Shown here piece after piece: positions 15,055 through 64,000 of a stretch of 64,000 nucleotides of DNA. The DNA comes from Tubiluchus corallicola (Eukaryota; Animalia; Priapulida). Every line of letters starts with the position of its first letter. Position 1 is the stretch's first letter. The stretch lies in contig JAQGDQ010000765.1 of the NCBI GenBank assembly GCA_030141605.1, forward strand, positions 1 to 64,000, read 5' to 3'. Made by a program: the position numbers and the translations under genes. Under the pieces are notes generated by a model. That model was not told the DNA's origin. It worked only from the letters and a program-made list of their open reading frames with translations, and did no database searches.

Positions 15055-16205
15055 CCCCACTTCGCCAGTTATCTTTTCGCCAGTCTACTTTTTCGCCAGT
15101 GCACTTTTTCACCAGTTTGCTTTTTCGCTAGTCTATCTTTTCACTAGTCTACCTTTTCGCCAGTGTAATAATGACTAACAACGTAGACTTAACTTACCTA
15201 TATATATATATATAGAAGTCACCATTGACATATTACCTATCAGTGGTTTTATTAATGTTTATCATTCGCTTAAAATATCAATATAAAATGTATAAATAGT
15301 TTTTCAATGGTATAAAGTTTGTACAACAATGGATTTTATATATTAATATGATCCATCTGTGATAAATTCTTGAAAAGAATAATGGACTGTAAATCTTATT
15401 ATTGTCTGCTAAACCAGTTTTTGTATTAATCATTGTATTCATAGTATATAAACTGTACTACTACTACAGTACTATCGATGTGCTTACATTTAAACGTACA
15501 TAAATACGCGATTCGATTCGCAAAGAAAAGTAGAAAGTGAACATTCAGAATCTGGTAAAATGTTTGCTCTACGGTGCTTAATTTCCGAAGTAGGTGTCTT
15601 TTTGGAATAACTCAAAAACTAGACAGAGCTAAACCACCAAATTTGATGTGCTTGTAGCTAGGGTAGAGGGTCATCTTAGCTTACAATTTCAGCTAGTGAC
15701 CTTTGACCTGCCTGTGTTAAGACCAGTAACCCGCGCAGATTTGTCGAACACTGAACAACTGCCGTTTTACGTGGTCTCAAACATGCCATAGTTGGTACTG
15801 TACTTAATATACTTAACATATACGACAATATTACATGGCGAAAATAGCAAAAGTCGTACAGGGGCGTGCGATACACCATACGATTGGTAAACAACGAAGA
15901 ATAAGATGTACTATGTCGCAATTGCGAGTCAAATTTCGTTTAACCACAATATGGCGATAACTAAGATGTTAGATACCGAGAAAGCCAGCATTCAGAATCT
16001 AGTAAAATTTTTGCTCTGCGATGCTTAATTTGGAATAACTCAAAAAACTAAACAGAGCTACTCCACCAAATTTAGCGTTCTTTTAGCTATGGTAGAGGGC
16101 GATCTTGGCGTACAATTTCGGATCCTAACCCTTTGACCCGCCTGAGTTATGATCAGAAAATATGTTCGTTTTTGATAAACTTTACTCCTGCAAGAAGAGC
16201 TACTT
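15055..16205. mobile_element. Partial inverted copy of the 9880-11130 family with an internal duplication
   Basis: ttcgccagt 19-bp array. 15540-15720 and 15985-16200 both match the reverse complement of 10440-10680. Confidence 0.7.
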
Positions 16206-19200
16206 ACCATGATGGCGCCCACTGGTGATTGTCCTATCAATTGTCTATCAAATGACGTGCCACACAGTCGACACCGCGACAGGCTTGCCACGCTACGGCT
16301 GTTTTTCTGGACTCATGTTGACCAATGACGACCATACTTATATAGCAGGTATATAGGTATGTGTTTTACTAACTGTTTGGATAATGGTGTCTTTACGTTT
16401 TTAACTCCTGTTTTGTATATGCAAGAAATTCTGCAGTAAAAGTTTAAATTAAAATTCATAAATTTTAACAACAATGAACAACTTTCAATAATCAAATGCA
16501 ATTACATTCGTATTACCCAGAAATATAAGTAAAATCATTTAACTCTGGGACTGGCCAACCTATAAGTTCCAAATACTGGCACAGCCCTTTTCCTATTGCG
16601 AGCTGTTCTGTGCTTCAGAGGTTGGCTCGATCCAACTACGCAAAAGACGTCTACGCTGATAGTAATAGAAAGTTTAGAGCCTACCTTCAGAGTTTTTGAC
16701 AAAGAGTCCACACCTTGTTACCTCCTTGACATCGACCAAAAAGCCCTTCGACTCTCATCGAACCCCCCTCCTTTATGAAACCGCTCGGTCATGTGACATG
16801 ATACACCCGATGGATGACACTCTGAGCATCCCGACTTCTGAGCGCTTCATTACCTCAGTCATCTGAGCATCACGACTTTTGAGCGCTCCGTTACCCTTCA
16901 TTGTCATTGGGACAGAGTCTTCGGATGTCCTTGTTCTAAAACCCATGGCCCGACTATCGGCTCTCATTAACCGTCTCTAGGGCAGCCGGCGGCAACAGTT
17001 CCCTCGATTACGAACAATAGTGTAATGCCTGCTGGTCATTTAACTGACCAGTTACCACATCCTCGTCATTGCTCTTTGACGTTACTAATAAGTTTCCAAT
17101 TACTTTCTGTCAATTTACAGAATCACACCTGTCTCAGAAGTACCAATCAATATGGGCCAAACTTCTAATTAATACAGAGTTCATCTCGTAGTTTACATTT
17201 ACATTGATTTATTAATTCATATATCTATCATAACTTGAGTTGTCAGAGACGCTTTCATAAGTATATTCTTCTTTGGTTAATAATTGTTGATTCCAAAATA
17301 AATTCATAACGCGATCACTAATTAATTTCTACTTAATTTTAACACTTACAAAATTATTAACATTGTAAAACAAAACAAAAAATCACATTTATATACATCA
17401 GCAATGTAACGTCTACAAATTTTACAACTGTACAACAATTGAACTCTCTCTGTCTCGTGATTTTACGCTGTTGATTCTCTCACTTTATTCATATTATTAT
17501 GGTTTCAATTAGTGGACAATGCCAATATTGTGTAGCTACAAATCGATAAAGAGGTGTATTCACTAATGTCCTTAGTTTTCCTGAATCGTATCTATTTTGA
17601 GGAAAAAAGACACGAACTTTTGGGAAGCCGTATGTCGGGAACGTGGATTAAAAAAGAAAAATTGGCGCTGTTGCGAACCACGTAGCGAACGCGGGTAAGG
17701 TTTCCTTTTTATGACTATTTTAGAACTTCTAATCTTTTTAGCTCTTTACAAAAAGGGGAAAGCAATTATTGGGCGACTGAAAACCCTGGTATTTTAAAGT
17801 TAATACGCGAGGTGCAAATATATGATTAAAATAAGGTTTGTTAATATCGAAATTTTGTTGATAGAAAACAAGAACGATAAAGTTTAAATATGCGCATAGT
17901 CATTTTTACATTACACAAACATTTCACAAGTGATATACACGAGGATTATATGAAAAAGAACGATTACATGATATTGGCAATGCGAATAAATACAGCTAAA
18001 TGGTACTTTCTAAACAGAAGGAAAAATAGAGCAAAAATATTGCGTAAGAGCCATTGGCTACGTTAAGCTAACTACAAAATACAAATATAATGATTACATA
18101 TCGATAATTACCTACGGATCATCCTCGATAAAAAGGAAGTGGAGGGCCATAACGCAAGGTTATGCGACTCCATGCTAGATAGAAAAAATGTTGCACAATT
18201 ACAACTATATATATACTTTCTGAGAAGGAAACCTATGTGCACGTGATTACACGGCTAATTGAGAATGAATCCAAAACTAGTTTACATAGAATTAATGTAT
18301 AGTATGAAAACAGGTTTACTAAGGCAGATTCGTGCAACCATAAGAAGCGTAGTTTTCGACACCGGAGTTGGCTTGTCAGCCATACCTGTGTGCTTATCTG
18401 CGTGCTGTACTGGCTTCTTTTAAAAATACGAATTCAAGTAAAAAGGGCAAACGAAACTGCAGTATTGTGTAGTTTGTCGGCGTAATAATGATTTTAGCCA
18501 CAGACCCCAGTTTGGCGGTTTAGAACTCTGTACAAATTCGCTGAAGAAAATAGCCAGAATGAGCATATGCATTCCTGTCTAAACATGTCGGAGCCTCCCA
18601 ACAGTGCTGCAACAAAATATGGCGAATCTGGCAACACTCGCAAGTACGTTAATCACTTACACAACGCAATAACTAATTTAACTGAGGACCTATCTAAAGT
18701 CCTAGAGAGGATCCAGAGTCTGGAATCCATCGTGCCCTGAAAATCAATCCATGCACCAGTCACGACCGGCTGCTAGTTCTCGTGCTGAGATAGTTAAACA
18801 AAATAGTAATACTACCAGTTCATCTCGTACCCAATCAAATGCGGGTTAGCCAACATAGCACGTGGAGCATGATGTCGATAAACAATGGTTATCGAGAATG
18901 GACGGCGAGGGGATTTAATAGCAAATAGTGCAGTTATTAAGAAGAATGCAAGCCAGCACTTTTTCCCAGACTGAGATTCGAGTGGCTTATAAGACAATGT
19001 CAGACAACGTATAGCTACAATTAAGTGGAGTGGAGGATGCCAGCTACATCATAGAGTACTGAAAGCAAAATTTTCTTGGTGGTGGAACTCGAGTTCGTTC
19101 TCCGAAGCAGAATATCATAGGACTGATATGTGATGCTGACACTGAACTGTCTGAGGAAGATGTACAATATTAGGTGCAAGAAGTGTATGAGGGTGCTACA

Positions 19201-22200
19201 ATAGAAAGATTCAGGAAGAAGAATAAAACACTGATGGCCTTCGAGGAATTATGATTATAGGGCATGTGTCATACTACTCAGTTTTAACTCAACATATTCC
19301 TTGAACACAAAACGTGAAACTAATTTTATGCAGTATTTATGATAAGAGAATACTTTAATATTCATAAATGTTGATAATATAAATTGTAGGTCAAACCAAA
19401 TGATAGCAGTTAACTTGTACCCGATGAGCCCGTTCAATAAACATGAGTTGCTACCCTATTCAATATTTACAGACTGGAAATACTTTCAGATGCTACAGAC
19501 AATGCCCTCAAATTCTCTTTATCTAACAAAAAGACATTCTAAAAGTTCACCAAAGTTTGGTTAATAACAAGTCCATGAAGTAAAGCTCCATCTGCACGAG
19601 GCTGTCAGTACTTTCCTCAGAGTCTTAGTTTACCACTAATCCCATGTCATTCAAAACGAGTATAACAAAAGGAAGCAACAGGCAGTCGCCTAGTAGTCAT
19701 ATAAAAGGAACGGGAAATTATCACTTACGGTCACTGCATCAATGAAAGTATACGTCAACAATACTTATGGGCGGCAGCATGACCACGAAGGTGGCGGATC
19801 CATAACATCGGTGTATACACCCGGGTGTTGGATCATAGCTGAAGTGCGGTGTCCTAAGCAGATGGGAATCGCTCCAGGAAGTGTCGTGCATTGGTAGGCC
19901 TGTAGTTTGGTTGTCACGTCGGATGTCATAATTAATTCGATGTAAACAAATGGTTATACAGAACTGGGCTTGATACTAGAACACTTGATATTTCTTGTTT
20001 ACTTTGATACCTTGCAATTGAGCATGCAAATCCTGGCAATATCGCATATTATAGCAGTATATTAAGTTGTTTATTAATATATATCGTAGTATATAATTTT
20101 TGCCAGGGCATCTTATTTAAATCATTGTCAAAATCATCGACATTAATTCAACAAAACACCAATAATGAGTTAGTTCGCGCAAATCCCGAATTAAAACAGT
20201 GAGGATAAAATTATATACTAACCGGCCCATAGCCAATATATTTGTTGTACTTGGTTTCTTCCATTTATTAATATAGGTTATAAGTAAAAATTGCTAGTTT
20301 GTTTCTCTTTGGAATTTAAAAGTAATTTCACCACAGCAGTTTCGAGGGAACTACGTGCCCGCCCTAGAAAAATTAGACTGTGAGTTCAGACGGTTTGAAT
20401 AAGCATATTTTTAGTTTTAAAACGAAACTAAAACATTATGAAAAATAAATAAATAAACATTAATCCTAGTAATTTCTGAAACACATTGATGTAGTCAGCT
20501 AAGTATAGGTTAAATTTTACTTCTTTGCGAAGACTTACCGTATCAAAAGGGGTGCGTTACGTCTTTACGTCTGAACTTTCGAAATTTGTGACTGATTTTG
20601 ATGAAAATTTTTTCCCGATAATCCTCTCGACCAAAGAGACTGTGGGTACCGGAATGCTGCATGTGAAGCCAACAACATTAGTGCTAATAACATATTGTGC
20701 CCACATAATTCAAAGCTTTTGTTACGTCTTTTCAGAGCAAACGAAGTATTGTAGCGACTGTTACAGTTTTTCAGGCTACAAAGGCAGCGTGATTATTTGG
20801 CATTACATGAAGCTTGTTGGATTCTTTCCAGACAGTTGATGCAGCAAAAACGTGTTGGTTCATCAGTAATATTCATAGATACACCAAAACAGCCTTAAAT
20901 ATCATAGTTACTTGAATTCAAACGAATTTACTGGTCCATTAACGTTTTGGTAAAATTGCCTAAAGTTTGTTGATCATTACGATATTTGTTCATTGTTTAT
21001 CGCCCAATAAATTCGTTTGAATTCAAGAAAGCATTTATGGCTGTACTAGGGTTTGTAAATACAAGATTGAAACTTCCTTGTGACAAGTCTATTAATTACA
21101 TTGACACATTCGATCGGAGATCTGTAATCAACTTTGTCGTTTCTCTAAAGGCTAGTTATGCCCCTGTAAACATTTGCGTTAAATATTTGTACGCGCTATT
21201 TTAATCTGCGATACCATTTTCATAGTTGTTATAATCAGCATCATTATCGTAGTCATTGTCATCGTCATTGTTGTTATTCTCATCATCATTATTTTTAATT
21301 GGGATACTCTTTGATAGAACAAGTTGTGAGTTTATACTTTCTGCCGCAATCCACGAAAATTCTGAATCAGATCAATTAGATTAGGTATATGTAAACTGAA
21401 TAAGTTCCAATTTTTGAAAACATCCCTCAGTGCTGCTCGAGCTATTAATGGTTTTCACATAAATTAGCTAATAAGGAAAATTATCGTCATCTTTTTTTAC
21501 TTTATAATAGATTTGGTAACACAGACACGATTAGTAATGCAGGGTGAGGATGTTATACCCTTCGGCGATACAGATTGGCCTGTAATGGCTCGTTAGATGC
21601 AGCAATGTTTGGAAAATTACACAAGTTTTTAGTATGTTAAATATAATTTCTATTGATGACGACACCACGACAAATATCGATATACCGAATTTTGCAAATC
21701 ATGTATTGAAACTCCTTCAATTGGAAAAAAGATAAAGGAACGCATGTGCAATGTTTACTAAAGCATTGTAATTTGAGTCCTTTTAAAACATCGGCTTCGC
21801 TGAGTATGCCTACAAATCGAACTGCCTATTCTTATACTAAAATTTGTGAGAAATTTTGTCGGCCTTATTTTAATAAACTAAGTGCACAACACTGCACGTA
21901 TTAATTAAGGTGCGGTAGACTAAATTAGGTTATAAAAAACAATTCAACTTTATAACACATTAAAACAAAGTAAAAGTAACAAAACTGTTATAATGATCTA
22001 GTAAAAATTGCCCATGCGCTAATAAACATGAAACAGAATGTGTTAGCACAGTAATTACGCAAGTCCTTCCATTTCCTCTTCAAGTGTGCAGCTGAAAATG
22101 TGTAGTGAAACCACAATATGAAATCAAGGATGTGATATAGGCACATCCTCATACAATTGATTCTTAACGGTAGTATAAGCACTTAAATAATTACATTTTA

Positions 22201-23122
22201 AACACGCAATTCATACAATTATAAAATGCACTGAATAGTATTGATTTTTTCGTTTTGGTAGGGGCACAATCTTAATGTTCGGTAACACTTTCGTTAGAAC
22301 AAAGATTTGAAAGCTGTTTTAGATTTCTTGAGGAGATCTAGCTTCGACTACCCTCTTCAAAATGTCAGCAATTTTTGTAGGAGGGGGGAAATAAGGGGCC
22401 GAATTTCAAAAATTCACGAATCCTAATGAAATGCATATAAATTACACGTATTGTCTCGAATAAAAAATATATACTTTGACCTATCTCTGACCTTTCGTTA
22501 TGTCACTATTACTATTTCGGGAGCACAGCTGTACGATACACAACTTCTCGTTTTGTAACAAATGCCGGTAAATCAGCTTCTTTTAGGGCCATGTTGGTAT
22601 TTAGTGAATGGAAGATATCACAAATGGCTAAGTTATCGGACTGTCTATTTGTTAATTTAAGTGATTTATTGGTTATGGTAAAACGTTGGCTCAGGACCTG
22701 GTACAGACCTTGACTTTTATTGCTATAGACTTGGAGAAATATGAAATTACATAATTATGTATGTTACAATAATAATATTATTATTGTTCTTGTTGTTATT
22801 ATTATTACTATATATTATTAAATAGAAGAAAATGATTATGGTTTATACACAATGAAGATAAAAAATCTAGCTTTAATTATTCTTTACACATTGAAACATT
22901 GAATCTAGCATTGATTCTCCAACAACGTGGATGGTATGAGTACATTATGCATAGCATATACAGTACGATAGTGGAATATAAATATGTACACCGGGAGAAC
23001 TAATTAGTAATACTTATAGCTGATAGTCATAATCTAGTCTGCAAAGTCCTTAAAAGAGACTAAAAATACTATGTTCTTATTTTTTCAAGTTTCAGACTGA
23101 TATCTCAGCGTCACAAACTTTG

Positions 23123-62232
<39,110 letters not shown>

Positions 62233-62644
62233 CTGAAAGAAAACAATTCCAGAATTTTATTAGAAAAAGCCCATAGAAAACAAACTGAAAATTTCAAGGG
62301 TTGTTATCACCAGAGTTGCAGAAACTTACAGTGCCTCAAGTTTATTCGGGTATTATCATTTCAGGTATATTTGAACGCCGTTTGTTCAGATGAGTACAAG
62401 ATACATTACGTAACCTATTACATAATAGATAAGTCAATTTTAAAATCGGTCTGCTATTAAAAATAATTTCCATTTAAACTATTTGTAAGCCTGTTGTTTT
62501 GAATACAAAGCATAAAGACGAATGGTGTACAAATCTCGTGACCGATGGTTGACTTCTAGAATGTGTGATTCTATTGTTAGCATTGTACAATGTACATGCG
62601 GCTGGTGACACGTCATGTTACTATCCATGTATATCCATGTATAT

Positions 62645-64000
62645 TCGGAGGTAGATGGGGCTCCTTAGCCTTGGCATCCATCTAGGTGAAGGAAAACACT
62701 GATCACAAACCTCCACTGCCTTGTGGCTATTCCCTCCGTGAGAAAGGCTTCGGGAGTAAACCCCAAGGAAAAATCCGGAGCTGGAGTCCCTATAGGCGAG
62801 TCATGTTGCATAGCACCATGATTCCCACAACTCCTGCGACGCCTGAAGTACCAGATGTACTGGCTCTGCCTTTCCCATGGATCATACTTCTGGCGTGGAG
62901 AGAGTGAGGCTGGCGACCTGGTGCAATCCCTCCCTCGCTTTAAACCAAGTCACGCACAGGTCACCACCAAAAATTCAAAGTCCTGTGGAGATGGGGGGGG
63001 GGGTGACGAACCAGACCAGCAAGTGCGGATTACACTGAAGCTGCAGTCACAAATCTACACACAGGCGGCTCAGGGCATGTGGTCGCTCTCAACTGACCGA
63101 GGCAGCAGCGGAGTTCGGCAGCCCCCTGGGCGACTGAGCAGCCCTCTTTAGGAACGCTCTGCTCACCCCCGTAGCATGGGGGTGGACTAGAAAAGGTGTC
63201 CCAAACATAGCCTGCCTCAACCCTTTCCTGGTCCAGCAAGCCGCGGCTGGCGGGAAATCCCATCTGTGCAGTCGAAAGAACAAGAGAAAAATAACACTAA
63301 CACTGGGTGCCTGGAACGTCAGGACACTACTCGACAATGACAACACCAACAGACCTGAAAGAAGAACTACTCTTATAGCAAAAGAATTACAAAGATACAA
63401 AATTGACATAGCTGCCCTCAGCGAAACACGCCTTGCAGAGAAAGGAGAACTCTCTGAAGCTGGCGGCGGATACACTTTCTTTTGGAGTGGGAGACCATCA
63501 GGTGAGAAAAGAGAGGCTGAGCTGGATTTGCAGTCAGAAAACGGCTTATGACTCTCCAACTACCCCTCACGAAAGGAAAGAAAGCTACACTCATAAGTGC
63601 ACATGCCCCAACCCAGATGACGTCAAGGACAAGTTTTATGAAGAGCTAGATGCTACCATCGTAAATGTTCCAACAGAAGACAAGCTCATACTACTTGGAG
63701 ATTTTAATGCTAGAGTGGGTACAGATCACTAATCATGGGAAGGAGTTATTGGCACACAAGGAGTGGGAAAATGTAACAGCAACGGGATCCTGCTATTACA
63801 GGCGTGTGCAACCCATGAACTCATCATCACAAACACACTATTCCGTCTTCCAAAGCGCAATAAAACAACCTGGATGCATCCAAGATCAAAACATTGGCAC
63901 TTGAGACGTGAGGGTCACCAAAGCAATGAGAGGTGCAGAGTGCTGGACAGATCATCATCTTTTCATATCCAAACTCAGCCTACACACCTAAAAGGCGACC
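62645..64000 (+). mobile_element. Second RTE-clade LINE: 5' UTR and decayed endonuclease, running off the window
   Basis: [57 protein letters not shown]; deletions and stops. Confidence 0.9.

Noticed and set aside
18500-19250. Possible decayed gag/ORF1 sequence
   Set aside because: Coding-like composition but no motif I can assign.
21988-22182. LKRKWKDLRNY as a MADF/Myb-like fragment
   Set aside because: Match too short; no supporting exons.
22600-23122. Nav polyadenylation signal
   Set aside because: AATAAA hexamers occur (~22665, ~22716) but are expected by chance in this AT-rich DNA.

Overview
AT-rich animal (invertebrate-type) genomic DNA. The main feature is a minus-strand voltage-gated sodium channel alpha-subunit gene (Nav1/para-SCN type). 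I read 22 GT-AG exons from 62232 down to the stop at 23123, about 5.6 kb of phase-consistent coding sequence from the domain I S4-S5 linker to the C-terminal IQ tail. The 5' exons lie beyond 64000. The selectivity filter is DEKA and the inactivation motif is MFM. The introns and the 23 kb downstream region hold transposon relics: a near full-length RTE LINE, CR1/L2 and other LINE fragments, Gypsy pol, hAT and pogo-type MITEs, a tRNA-SINE, a foldback-like family and microsatellites. Four observations stand out. (1) The domain IV pore loop has L/V/N at the positions of the garter-snake TTX-resistance substitutions, and domain III has D->E. (2) A tandem array of degenerate copies of the DIII S3 exon end retains six extra 5' splice sites, where other animals have a Nav poison-exon switch. 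(3) A G3-C8 variant minimal hammerhead lies in ~200 bp Penelope-like inverted repeats on the pre-mRNA strand. (4) An HDV-like ribozyme fold sits at the RTE 5' end. All calls come from manual reading; no searches or folding programs were run, and the species is not identifiable.
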